Shown one piece after another: positions 1 through 9,128 of a DNA stretch of 64,000 bases. The stretch's first letter is position 1. Each line of letters begins with the position of its first letter. This DNA comes from Deltaproteobacteria bacterium. GTDB taxonomy: Bacteria > Myxococcota_A > UBA9160 > SMWR01. Made by a program: the position numbers and the translations under genes. A model generated the notes under the pieces. That model searched no databases, was not told the origin of the DNA, and worked only from the letters and a program-made list of their open reading frames with translations. The stretch covers positions 32,501-96,500 of the forward strand of contig JAQBGU010000209.1 of the NCBI GenBank assembly GCA_032128375.1, read 5' to 3'.

Positions 1-308
1 CCGGTCAGGAAGCCGCGACGCGCAGGATCGGCCAGGGCGGCGCGCTGGCGGATCCTTCCGCGAACCAGAAAGAAACCTGCGGTACCCGCCACACCGATCC
101 AAAATAGCATCCAGAAGGCGCCCGCCACGGTCGTTGTCAGATCTTGATTCACAGACAGTGCCAGGCTCTGGAGTGCCTCCCCGCCCGGAAAAGCGCTGGG
201 ATCGAGCCCAATCGCCATGCGATACATGTAGTCGCCAGCGCCGAAGTACCCTGTACAGACCGCGACAGCGAAAGTCACCCAGATCACGGTTCGCGTTCGT
301 TCGAACAT
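1..308 (-). CDS. Membrane protein running off the window edge; two hydrophobic segments followed by an RRGFL twin-arginine-like motif
   Basis: Manual translation from ATG 308 (GGAGG RBS at 313-317): MFERTRTVIWVTFAVAVCTGYFG...AGAFWMLFWIGVAGTAGFFLVRGRIRQRAALADPARRGFLT; open to position 1. Not in the ORF track because there is no stop in the window. Confidence 0.75.
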   Translation of the reverse strand, partial: MFERTRTVIWVTFAVAVCTGYFGAGDYMYRMAIGLDPSAFPGGEALQSLALSVNQDLTTTVAGAFWMLFWIGVAGTAGFFLVRGRIRQRAALADPARRGFLT

Positions 309-327
309 GACACCTCCATTTCCTTCC

Positions 328-357
328 ATTGAGGAAAATTGAGGACAATTGAGCACA
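328..357. repeat. Three imperfect 10-bp direct repeats
   Basis: ATTGAGGAAA ATTGAGGACA ATTGAGCACA. Confidence 0.7.
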
Positions 358-544
358 CTTTCACAGGGCGCCGGGGGCCGGGCCTCGCGGTGGAGGCCCG
401 GTCGACGCAGTATACGCATTGATTTTGTGCTTTTGGGGTGGATGATTGGCCTTCGCCTCGCCAAACTCCTAGCTTTCACATCTTGGCTGGGGATGACCTC
501 GAGCTCGAAGGCGGCGGAGGGGCCGCGATACAGACAAGGACACG

Positions 545-1015
545 ATGACCGGTCCCACTGTCATCCCTGACATTCCGTCGATCAAGGATTTCGTTGGCAA
601 GCCTCTCGGCACCAGCGACTGGATTACTATCAGCCAGGAGCGCATCCACACCTTCGCCAACGCTACCGGAGACTACCAGTGGATCCACTGCGACGTCGAA
701 CGCGCGCGCCGCGAATCTCCGTTCAAAGAAACCATCGCGCACGGCTACTTGACACTTTCGCTGGCCCCGGTGCTGCTCGCGGAGCTGGTGATCGTCAACG
801 GTTGCGAGACGGTGATCAATACGGGCCTCGAGAAGCTACGCTTGTCTGCGCCGGTCTTGGCGGGATCTAGAGTGCGGATGTCCGCCAAGCTGTCTGGAAC
901 CCGCGACTTGCAGGGTGGCGGGGTCCGCGCGACGTTCAGGATTCGGATCGAAGTAGAAGCTTCGGCGAAGCCCGCGTGCCACGGTTACGTGACATACGTC
1001 TATTATCCGAGTTGA
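545..1015 (+). CDS. MaoC-family (hot-dog fold) dehydratase
   Basis: FANATGDYQWIHCD and TIAHGYLTLSL motifs. Confidence 0.9.
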   Translation: MTGPTVIPDIPSIKDFVGKPLGTSDWITISQERIHTFANATGDYQWIHCDVERARRESPFKETIAHGYLTLSLAPVLLAELVIVNGCETVINTGLEKLRLSAPVLAGSRVRMSAKLSGTRDLQGGGVRATFRIRIEVEASAKPACHGYVTYVYYPS

Positions 1016-1104
1016 GCCGAACTCGAGCCAAGCCCGGCCCAAGACCGACGAATCCGTGACGATCGCGGCTTGACGCACCGATGGGTGACGCCGATCCTGC
1101 GGCC

Positions 1105-2745
1105 ATGCGGATTGCGATCGCACAGCTGAACCCGATCGTCGGAGACCTGATCGGCAACCGCAAGCTCGTCGAGCAAGCGGCTGCCAAGGCGGCGAGCGAA
1201 CGGGCAGATGTGGTGATACTTCCGGAGATGGTGCTGACCGGTTATCCGCCGATGGACCTGCTGGAGCGCGACGGGTTCGTTCGCGATCAATTGCGGGAAC
1301 TCGATGCGCTGTGTCCCGCCTCGCGCGGTGTGGCGATCGCCCTCGGTGCCGTTGTTCCCCGAGCAGGCGCGGGACGCGTGCGTTTGCACAACGCCGCGGT
1401 TCTACTCGCCGATGGAAAGCAGCGAGCGGTTCGGATCAAGAGCCTGCTGCCGAGTTACGACGTATTCGATGAGCGCCGCTACTTCGCTCCCGCGACCTCG
1501 CGAGAAACCGCAACGCTGTACGACGGTGGGCCGGAGATCGGCTTGACGATCTGCGAAGACGCCTGGGTCGAGATGATGGGATACGCGACAAACCCCATCG
1601 AGGAGCTCGCGACCGCCGGCGCGCGCGTGATTCTCAACCTGTCGTCCTCACCGTGGCACGTTTCCAAGGCCGCGGAGCGCAGAGAGATGGTCGGGGCGCT
1701 CGCCCGGGCCCATCAGGTGCCGATCTGCTTCGTGAACCAAGTCGGCGGCAACGATGAACTGATCTTCGACGGTGGATCATTCGTCAGCGACAAGCGCGGC
1801 CGGACCCTCGCGAAGTTTCCGCTGTTCGAATCACATTTCGACATCGTCGAAGTTCGCGACGATTCCGAACCCAACGCTGAGCAAGTCGACGACCCGGGCG
1901 CGATCGAACAACTCGAAGCGGGGCTGGTGCTGGGGATCCGGGATTATTTTCGCAAGCAGAACCTGCCGCCTGGTGCAGTCGTCGGCGTGTCTGGCGGGAT
2001 CGATTCAGCTGTGACTGCGCATCTCGCTGCGCTCGCGTTGGGACCCGACCGCGTGGTTGGAATCGCGATGCCAGGCCCGTATTCATCAGACCACAGCGTG
2101 GCCGACGCAGAGGCGCTTTCGACTTCGCTGGGGATCGAGGTACGGCGCGTGGACGTAACACCAATTTATGCAGCCTACCTCAGCGCCTTCGGAGCCGTGC
2201 TCGGTGAGCGCGACGATTACGGGATCGCTCAGCAGAACATCCAGAGCCGAATTCGCGGCGCAATGTTGATGGCTGTCTCGAATGCCGAGGGCCGGTTGGT
2301 CCTTGCCACCGGAAACAAGAGCGAGCTTTCCGTGGGCTACTGCACCCTCTATGGGGATACAGTCGGCGGGCTGGCGGTTCTAGGAGATGTGTACAAGCGC
2401 GACGTGTACGCACTGGCACGCCATGCGAACCGAGACCGAGTCAGGATCCCGATCAACACGATCGAAAAGCCGCCGTCGGCGGAACTCGCGCCGAACCAGC
2501 TCGATAGCGACGACCTCCCGACCTACGACGTGCTCGACGCGATACTGGCCGGCGCCATAGAGGGTGGGCTCAGCGCGGCAGGTATCCCGGTCCCGCCCGG
2601 CTCCAACAGGGGAGTCGTCAGGAACATCGCTGGGCGACTGGACAGAAACGAATACAAGCGCCGCCAGTCCCCGCTGGTGCTGCGAACCTCTTCGAAGGCC
2701 TTTGGAAGCGGGCGCCGTCTCCCGATCGTCCAGCGCTATCAGTGA
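1105..2745 (+). CDS. nadE: Glutamine-dependent NAD+ synthetase
   Basis: N-terminal nitrilase domain (MRIAIAQLNPIVGD, LPEM, KSLLP, ICEDAW) plus synthetase domain (GVSGGIDSA, NIQSRIR, TGNKSE, KPPSAEL, NEYKRRQ). Confidence 0.95.
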   Translation: MRIAIAQLNPIVGDLIGNRKLVEQAAAKAASERADVVILPEMVLTGYPPMDLLERDGFVRDQLRELDALCPASRGVAIALGAVVPRAGAGRVRLHNAAVLLADGKQRAVRIKSLLPSYDVFDERRYFAPATSRETATLYDGGPEIGLTICEDAWVEMMGYATNPIEELATAGARVILNLSSSPWHVSKAAERREMVGALARAHQVPICFVNQVGGNDELIFDGGSFVSDKRGRTLAKFPLFESHFDIVEVRDDSEPNAEQVDDPGAIEQLEAGLVLGIRDYFRKQNLPPGAVVGVSGGIDSAVTAHLAALALGPDRVVGIAMPGPYSSDHSVADAEALSTSLGIEVRRVDVTPIYAAYLSAFGAVLGERDDYGIAQQNIQSRIRGAMLMAVSNAEGRLVLATGNKSELSVGYCTLYGDTVGGLAVLGDVYKRDVYALARHANRDRVRIPINTIEKPPSAELAPNQLDSDDLPTYDVLDAILAGAIEGGLSAAGIPVPPGSNRGVVRNIAGRLDRNEYKRRQSPLVLRTSSKAFGSGRRLPIVQRYQ

Positions 2746-2784
2746 ACCGCTGTCGGGAAATGAGGGGCCACCGCGATCGAACCG

Positions 2785-3267
2785 TCAGTCCCCGTCGGAA
2801 ATGGCTCTGACATTCTCGGCTCGCGCGCCCCGCGGGCCCTCTTGCACGACGTATTCGACGATATCGCCTTCATTGAGGCCGTCGTAGTCGCTCGGACCGA
2901 GGCCGGAGCGGTGAAAGAAGACCTCGCGACCGTCGTCTCCGCGAACGAAGCCAAAGCCCCGATCACGCACGAGTTTTTTGATTTTCCCCTTGACTTTCGG
3001 ACCGGACGGGGCGGTGCGCTGGGCTGGCGTGCGGCGGCCTCGGCCGCCTCCGCTGCCGCCGCGCCGGCCGCGGCCCCCCGTACTGAAGCGATCACTCAGC
3101 ACGAACTCATCTTTGAACAGCTTGACCGGCACCACGAGGTCCTGCATGCCGTCGGACTCGGGGCTCAGCAGCACTTCTTCGTCACCGAGATCGACCACCG
3201 AATAACGCAAGCCGGTATTGCGGTGCGTGATCAGCGTCCCCGATTCGATTTCTTCCAATGTCAACAT
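2785..3267 (-). CDS. Cold-shock domain protein with an extra N-terminal domain and Gly/Arg-rich linker
   Basis: C-terminal RGFGFV (RNP1), EVFFHRS (RNP2), GPRGARAENV; GAGG RBS upstream. Confidence 0.88.
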   Translation of the reverse strand: MLTLEEIESGTLITHRNTGLRYSVVDLGDEEVLLSPESDGMQDLVVPVKLFKDEFVLSDRFSTGGRGRRGGSGGGRGRRTPAQRTAPSGPKVKGKIKKLVRDRGFGFVRGDDGREVFFHRSGLGPSDYDGLNEGDIVEYVVQEGPRGARAENVRAISDGD

Positions 3268-3517
3268 GTGGAAACCTCGAGGCGAATGCCCCGCGTCCAG
3301 GGCGTTACATCCGAAACCGGCGTCAGTTCAACCTGACCCCGCATGGGGTAAGAACGTTCTTCGTGCCGGAAATGGATTGGGCGCTCACACGTTGTGTGGA
3401 GTCACCAGAAATGCAACAGAGGCGGCAGGTTATAGGATCAACTAAGCCCGGTCAATCGGATCTCCGAGCCCAACGACCACGTCCCGGCTGCTAGCGTAAC
3501 GCCCGGAGAATCCGTCT

Positions 3518-4843
3518 TTGAGATCGCATGGACCCAGCTGGCTATCGTTTGCGCTCTTCGTGGCAACTTGCTGGCATTGCGATCTTGCGCTGGGCCAGCT
3601 CGATGCTCCCGACGCGCCGCGCGTGCCTTCCATCCTTCGGGTCGGAACCAGCGGTGACTATCCACCGTTTAGCAGCGCTTCTCGCGAAGAACCCGCCAAG
3701 TACATTGGATTCGACATATCGGTGGCTCGCGCCTACGCGGCGGAGCGCGGGCTCGAATTGCGATTCGTGCGATTTTTGTGGCACGAGTTGTCCCATTCGC
3801 TGGCTGCCAACAGGTTCGACATCGCGATGTCGGGGGTAACGATCCGGCCCGAGCGGACTGCGCTCGGGCGCTTCAGTGTCACCGTCGCCGAAACCGGTGC
3901 GGTGGTGCTCGGCAGACCCAAAGGGCGTTTTCGCAGTGTCGGCGACTTCAATCGTCTGACGATTCGAATCGGCGTCAACGCTGGGGGCCATCTCGAACGA
4001 GTCGCCACCGAGAGATTCGCGATCGCGACAGTGATCGCGATTCCTGACAACACCGCGATCATGGAGACGTTGCTCGCAGGCAATCTCGACGCGGCGGTCA
4101 CCGACACGCTGGAGGCACAGCACTGGCTCGAGGGAACCGATGACATCGACCTGCATGGCCCGTTCACGACCGATCGCAAGGCCTACCTCGTGCGAGCCGA
4201 TCGGCCTGGACTCGCCGCCGACCTCGACGCCTGGCTGCTCGAGCGAGAAGCCGACGGCAGTTTGCAGGCACTGCGACACGAGCATTTCGGCCTTGGATAT
4301 TCCCGCAGTTTCACCCCGCTCGATTCGTTGTTGGCCGCCATGGATGAACGATTGTCACTGATGCCGCTGGTGGCGGTCGCGAAGCGTGCGGCGGGGATGC
4401 CACTCGAAGTTCCGGAGCGCGAGGGGGTCGTTCTCGATGCGGCGGTCGAAAGTGCGCGCATCGCAGCCGAACGATTCGGCGCGGCGACCCCCGATGCGCT
4501 GGTAGTGAAGCGCCTGTTTCGCGCGCAGATGGAAGCCGCCAAAGAGGTCCAGTGGAGCGCGATTCAGGATCCCCTCTACGCGCCACCCGATCCGATACCC
4601 AACCTCGAGACCGAGCTGCGGCCCGCACTATTGCGAATCGGCGATCGGATTGGCCAGCTACTGGTGAGCTTGCCGGCGGGACTTGCCGGCGACGCGGTTC
4701 GCGCTGCCGCTCTCGACCAACTGCGAACGCCCCGGCTATCCGAAGCTTCGAAGTGGGCGATCGCCGATGCGATCACCGCCCTCTCTTCTGCAAAAATTTC
4801 TGGCAAAACTGCTGCAAAAACTGGCGCAAAAACGGAGCAGTAG
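3518..4843 (+). CDS. Exported cyclohexadienyl dehydratase (PheC-like, family-3 solute-binding fold) fused to an AroQ chorismate mutase
   Basis: LRVGTSGDYPPFS, FDIAMSGVT, VTDTLEA in the N-half; ERLSLMPLVAVAK...PEREGVVL...AQMEAAKEVQ...LRPAL in the C-half; signal-like N-terminus. Start codon uncertain. Confidence 0.8.
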   Translation: MRSHGPSWLSFALFVATCWHCDLALGQLDAPDAPRVPSILRVGTSGDYPPFSSASREEPAKYIGFDISVARAYAAERGLELRFVRFLWHELSHSLAANRFDIAMSGVTIRPERTALGRFSVTVAETGAVVLGRPKGRFRSVGDFNRLTIRIGVNAGGHLERVATERFAIATVIAIPDNTAIMETLLAGNLDAAVTDTLEAQHWLEGTDDIDLHGPFTTDRKAYLVRADRPGLAADLDAWLLEREADGSLQALRHEHFGLGYSRSFTPLDSLLAAMDERLSLMPLVAVAKRAAGMPLEVPEREGVVLDAAVESARIAAERFGAATPDALVVKRLFRAQMEAAKEVQWSAIQDPLYAPPDPIPNLETELRPALLRIGDRIGQLLVSLPAGLAGDAVRAAALDQLRTPRLSEASKWAIADAITALSSAKISGKTAAKTGAKTEQ

Positions 4844-4886
4844 AAGCTGGCCTCGGAGCGCACGCGAGTGTCGGTGGAAAAAGGCG

Positions 4887-5618
4887 TCAGCCCTTCTTCT
4901 TCAGTTCCTCGTCGATCAATGCCTTGAACGAATCCAGCGGCTGGTTTCCCGACAAGTACCGACCATTGATGAAGAAGGCCGGTGTGCCGGTGACTCCCAA
5001 CGCGCTCGCGGAGCTCTTGTCGGCATCGATGCGCGCCTTCACTTTCGCACCCGTGAGATCCGCTTTGAACTTGTCGACGTCGAGTCCGATCTGTTTCGCA
5101 TAGACGAGATAATTCGCTTCACTCATCTCGCGCTGATTCTCGAAGATCTTGTCGTGCATCTCCCAGAATTTGCCCTGTTGGTGGGCAGCCTCAGATGCCT
5201 GATGGGCGGCCAGAGCCTTCGAATGGATCGAAAGCGGCAAGTGCTTGAACGCGACGCGAACCTTGCCCGCGTATTGCTCTAGAACCTTCTCGAGAGTCGG
5301 ACCGACTCTCTGGCAGTAAGGTCATTGAAAGTCGGAGTACTCGACGACAGTGACCACCGCGTTGGCGGCGCCCTTGGCCGGCGCGCTCCCGACCTCGACG
5401 TCGTAGACCTTGCTGGGATCGGGGCGACGAGAGGGCGACGGGGCCTCGGCTCGAGCCGCCGGTTGTGCAGCCGCGGTCTGAACGGCCGTTTTGAGATTTG
5501 AGAGTTCGGTCGCACCGCGGTCGATCGAGCCTGCGATGAGGTAGCTCCCACCCAGCAGCGATCCACCTAGAATCAATGCCGCTGCGATCGGCCCTGTTAC
5601 TGACGAAGCTTGTGCCAT
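4887..5618 (-). CDS. DsbA/thioredoxin-fold oxidoreductase, selenoprotein (UxxC; Sec at TGA 5322-5324)
   Basis: Reading through TGA gives VVEYSDFQ-U-PYCQRVGPTLEKVLEQYAGKVRVAFKHLPLSIH...GVTGTPAFFING, joining ORFs 5322..5768 and 4887..5240 in one frame. N-terminal TM anchor; GAGGGG RBS before ATG 5618. Confidence 0.9.
5292..5310 (-). promoter_or_regulatory. Putative bacterial SECIS hairpin
   Basis: mRNA GAGAGUCGG-U-CCGACUCUC is a perfect inverted repeat beginning 11 nt after the in-frame UGA. Confidence 0.75.
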
Positions 5619-5698
5619 TGATATGACCCCCTCGGCGCTTGAATAGCTTATAGCGGCCTCCGAATCACGCAGCTTAACCCAACAATGCTGGAATTCGT

Positions 5699-6661
5699 TC
5701 AATAATAGGTCGAACGCGCGCGATGGCGCGGGTGCGCTTTCATCTCCGGCGACTGCCCGCGTGTCCAAAGCGCGTAATCGAGTTGCTGTGCAGTTGCGTC
5801 AATGCCAGCGTCGCGAAGCAGCCCCACGCAGCGCTCTACTGCGTGGACGGCGGCCGCACGGATTTCGATTTCCTGCTGCGAGCCGGCCTCCAGGCGCTGC
5901 TCGCCGTCGATCCGCTTCGCGAGCTCAGGCTCGTACACGAGCACGCCCAGGCGCCGGAGCACGTGCGGGACCAGATTATCGGCGAAGATCGTCAGCTGAT
6001 CCAGATCGCGAAACTCCCCGTATCCCTTGCCATCGAACACCGCAGCAAGGTCGGCCGAAGTCAACTGCGCGCGCTTGAAAAACGGCACTTCGAGTCCGTC
6101 GTAGTGGGAAACATCGCGGTATAGCGGCATCTCGGCCAACAGCTCCGCGAGACGAGCGGCCGAACCGTCGGCGGCGGTTATCGGACCGGTTGGGTCGCCG
6201 TCGAAGTGTTCGGACAGAAAGTGCCCCATGTCGTTGAGCGCACGCGCAAACAAGCCCATCAGCTCTGCAACTTCGGGGACGGCGATTTCTTGGCCGATAA
6301 TGCGCGCACAGTCTGCCGCGCTGAGGCCCGCTAGCTGCTTGGCGTCGAGCGCGCCTTTGTCTTCCCACAGCTCCTTCAGCGAGGTCGCCACCGTGAAATA
6401 CCCCGAAAGCCCGGGGCGTTTGGCGAGATACGGGAAGTAGCCGGAACCAAAGTTGATCGCGTCGAGACACAGAATGAACGCAACCGTCGCGTCGGGCTCC
6501 CCCACATAGTGATGTGCTGGGTTGATCTGCGGCGGCGGTGGCCCACCGGACATCTCGCTCGCGAACGCTTCGAGCGCGTGCGCATCAATTCGCACCCAGC
6601 GCGCTCGGTCGACTACAGCCTCGCAGCCGGAGCGAATCTTCTGGAAGAATTCGGCGCTCAC
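5699..6661 (-). CDS. Queuosine salvage family protein (DUF2419/Qng1-like N-glycosylase/hydrolase)
   Basis: LDAINFGSG, FFKRAQL..ADL, LTIFADNLVPHVLR, EIEIRA, LDYALW, C-terminal HRARSTYY. Confidence 0.88.
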   Translation of the reverse strand: MSAEFFQKIRSGCEAVVDRARWVRIDAHALEAFASEMSGGPPPPQINPAHHYVGEPDATVAFILCLDAINFGSGYFPYLAKRPGLSGYFTVATSLKELWEDKGALDAKQLAGLSAADCARIIGQEIAVPEVAELMGLFARALNDMGHFLSEHFDGDPTGPITAADGSAARLAELLAEMPLYRDVSHYDGLEVPFFKRAQLTSADLAAVFDGKGYGEFRDLDQLTIFADNLVPHVLRRLGVLVYEPELAKRIDGEQRLEAGSQQEIEIRAAAVHAVERCVGLLRDAGIDATAQQLDYALWTRGQSPEMKAHPRHRARSTYY

Positions 6662-7650
6662 TTCGGAGCCCTGTTCGGGGCCAGCGTCTCAGCTGTCGTC
6701 TCGATCCCGAACAGCGTAAGCGCGTTCGGCAGCGACTCGATGCGCGCGGGTAGGGTTCCGAGTGGTTCGCCGTCGATATCCAGCCGGACACGTCCCGGCT
6801 CAGCATAGGCTTCGATTGTCGTTCCGCGCGCCGTTACGTTGATCGGATCGTTCACGTGCGAACCGCGGTACAGACTCGGAAGCTGCGCGGCCAGGCGAAG
6901 TTTCGATCGATCAGGGACAACGACCAGATCCAGCTTTCCGTCATCGAGTTCGGCATCCGGCGCCACTTTCATGCCCCCTCCAAAGAACTGTCCGTTTGCC
7001 GCCGCGGCAAACACCAATCCCCCCTCGAAAACAGGCTTCCCGTCCACGCGAATCGACACGTGTTCGCTCCGGTACCGCGAAAGCGCGCGAAGCGTTCCGA
7101 GCAAGAATGCTATGCGGCCGCCAAATGCTTTACTGGACCGATTGACCAATTCATCGACGAGCCCGCTGAGCCCGAAGCTCGCAACGTTGGCAAAGTAGCT
7201 CGTTGCTTCCCGATCGGCTCCGCTCGCTGCGGCTCCCATTGCGTCTGCCGGGCCGACACGGAAGGTGATGCGGCCCGCATCGATCGTGCGGGTTCTGCCG
7301 GTTCTGAGCGCGGCGATCGCCGTGTCGAGGTCGCCAGAACCGCCGAGCGCGCGCGCGAAGTCTCCGCCGGTCCCGAGCGGCAGCACTGCAAGCTGCGCGT
7401 AGCGGCCGAGCTTGGCGGACAACAGTCCGGTGACGACTTCGCTGAGGGTTCCGTCCCCGCCCGCGACCACCAAGCGGTCCACCCCGGAGCGCACCGCTTC
7501 TTTGGCGATGCGCTCGGCATCGCGATCGGATCGGGTCCGCTCGAGTTCGAACGGACCAAGTGCCGCGCGAAGCTTGGGCTCGAGCTCGGGCCAGCGGCGC
7601 TGCGTCCTACCGCTTCGGGGGTTCAGGATCACCAAGGTGCGACTGCCCAT
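6658..7650 (-). CDS. Diacylglycerol kinase-family (YegS/BmrU/sphingosine kinase-like) lipid kinase
   Basis: ILNPRSG, AGGDGTLSEVV, PLGTGGDFAR, NGQFFGGGM, DIDGEPLG. Confidence 0.92.
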   Translation of the reverse strand: MGSRTLVILNPRSGRTQRRWPELEPKLRAALGPFELERTRSDRDAERIAKEAVRSGVDRLVVAGGDGTLSEVVTGLLSAKLGRYAQLAVLPLGTGGDFARALGGSGDLDTAIAALRTGRTRTIDAGRITFRVGPADAMGAAASGADREATSYFANVASFGLSGLVDELVNRSSKAFGGRIAFLLGTLRALSRYRSEHVSIRVDGKPVFEGGLVFAAAANGQFFGGGMKVAPDAELDDGKLDLVVVPDRSKLRLAAQLPSLYRGSHVNDPINVTARGTTIEAYAEPGRVRLDIDGEPLGTLPARIESLPNALTLFGIETTAETLAPNRAPK

Positions 7651-7653
7651 CGG

Positions 7654-9060
7654 CTAGCGAAGTTCTGCCAACAAGTGGGCGGCGGCAGCCGCGGCTTTTC
7701 GGAAATCATCCAGATTGAGGCTCTCGTTTTCGCCGTGCGCATTGCATGGCGGATCTTCCAGTCCCAGTAGAAGTGCGGGGATTCCCCCTAATACTTGGCT
7801 AAATGGGCCCACGAACGGGATGGATCCGCCGCAACCAATGATGACCGGCTCTCGACCGAAACCTGCGGCCAGTGCCCGACGCGCTGCATCAAATGCTGGA
7901 CCAACGGGTTGTGTCAGCCAGCCAGGTACGGCGGTCGCGGACTCGACTTCGACCTGTACCCCGAACGGCGGGTCGGTCTTCAAGAAATTCATGACGGTCT
8001 TCGCGACGCGATCGGCATCCTGGCCCGGCGCCAGCCGAACGCCCACACGCGCCCGCGCGACCGCGATCAGCTGGTTGGCCGCGGTGGCCAGCGGCATTCC
8101 CTCGATCGCGGTGATTGCGAGCGATGGCCTCCGCCAGATTCGCTCGTAGACCGAGAAGCGCCGGTCGCCGGCGAAAGGCGCATTGGATCGCAGACCCGCG
8201 TCCATGCGGAATTTCGCCTGATCGAAAGGCAGCGCGTCGATCGCGGCGCGCTCTTGCCGTGTCAGCTCGGGTACGTCGTCGAGCAGACCGGGCACCGCGA
8301 TCTCGCCGGTCGCGTCGATCAAGCGGGCCAAAAGACACGCGAGCGCGGTCGCTGCGTCTGGGACCGGCCCGCCCCACATCCCGCTGTGGATGGGATGATC
8401 GAGCGCTCTGACTGTCACCTCGATCGTGACCAGTCCGCGCAGGCTCGTCGTCAAAGAGGGCAGGCCTGTTTCCAGATTCGCTGTATCCGACAGGATCAGT
8501 ACATCTGCATCGAATCTGTGTCGGTGTGCACTGAGAAACTCAGCGAGGTGCTCGGAGCCGATTTCTTCTTCACCTTCGATGATCAATTTCACATTGATTG
8601 GAAGCGATCCAGTCGCCTCGAGCCAGGCGCGAAGCGCGGCAGCGTGCAGCAGGATACCGGCCTTGTCGTCGACCACGCCGCGTCCGTAGAGACGACCGTC
8701 GGAGCGAATGGTCGGCTCGAAGGCGGGGCTCTCCCAGTATTCCGGGCGACCGGGCGGCTGCACGTCGTGATGGGCATAGATCAGCGCGGTGGGCGCGTCT
8801 GGTCCCGCATCCAACCAGTCGGCGACCACATAGGGATGTGCGCCATCGAGCCGGAGGATCTCGACGCCCCGCAGACCGACATCGTCCAACAATTCCGCTG
8901 TGTGAACTGCGGAGCGTTCGACCTCGGCGGGGTCGAAACCCGCCGCCGACACGCCGGGAATTCGAGCCAGCTCGATCAACTCGTCGATGGTGGCGTCGAA
9001 GCGTCCTTGGATCGCATCGAGGACTGCTGCAGGTGCCGGCACGGCCGCGCAGCGTAGCAC
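7654..9060 (-). CDS. M20/M25/M40-family metallopeptidase (dipeptidase-like)
   Basis: YAHHDVQP, GRGVVDDKAG, EGEEEIGS, HSGMWGG, GGSIP, AHGENE; start may be GTG 9042. Confidence 0.92.
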   Translation of the reverse strand: MLRCAAVPAPAAVLDAIQGRFDATIDELIELARIPGVSAAGFDPAEVERSAVHTAELLDDVGLRGVEILRLDGAHPYVVADWLDAGPDAPTALIYAHHDVQPPGRPEYWESPAFEPTIRSDGRLYGRGVVDDKAGILLHAAALRAWLEATGSLPINVKLIIEGEEEIGSEHLAEFLSAHRHRFDADVLILSDTANLETGLPSLTTSLRGLVTIEVTVRALDHPIHSGMWGGPVPDAATALACLLARLIDATGEIAVPGLLDDVPELTRQERAAIDALPFDQAKFRMDAGLRSNAPFAGDRRFSVYERIWRRPSLAITAIEGMPLATAANQLIAVARARVGVRLAPGQDADRVAKTVMNFLKTDPPFGVQVEVESATAVPGWLTQPVGPAFDAARRALAAGFGREPVIIGCGGSIPFVGPFSQVLGGIPALLLGLEDPPCNAHGENESLNLDDFRKAAAAAAHLLAELR

Positions 9061-9128
9061 GCAGCCCGCTCGCGAATCGGTCTCGAACAGCGCATTCTTC
9101 CGGCATGATCGAAACGGAGAAACGACTC

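Noticed and set aside
4788..4836. Phased A-tracts at the end of the CDT-CM gene as a regulatory element
   Set aside because: Explained by a 12-bp degenerate coding repeat (SAKI-SGKT-AAKT-GAKT); no further support.
4887..5768. Two separate ORFs (5322..5768 and 4887..5240) or a nonsense pseudogene
   Set aside because: The TGA sits at the catalytic Cys position with a SECIS-like hairpin; both halves are in frame and undegraded.
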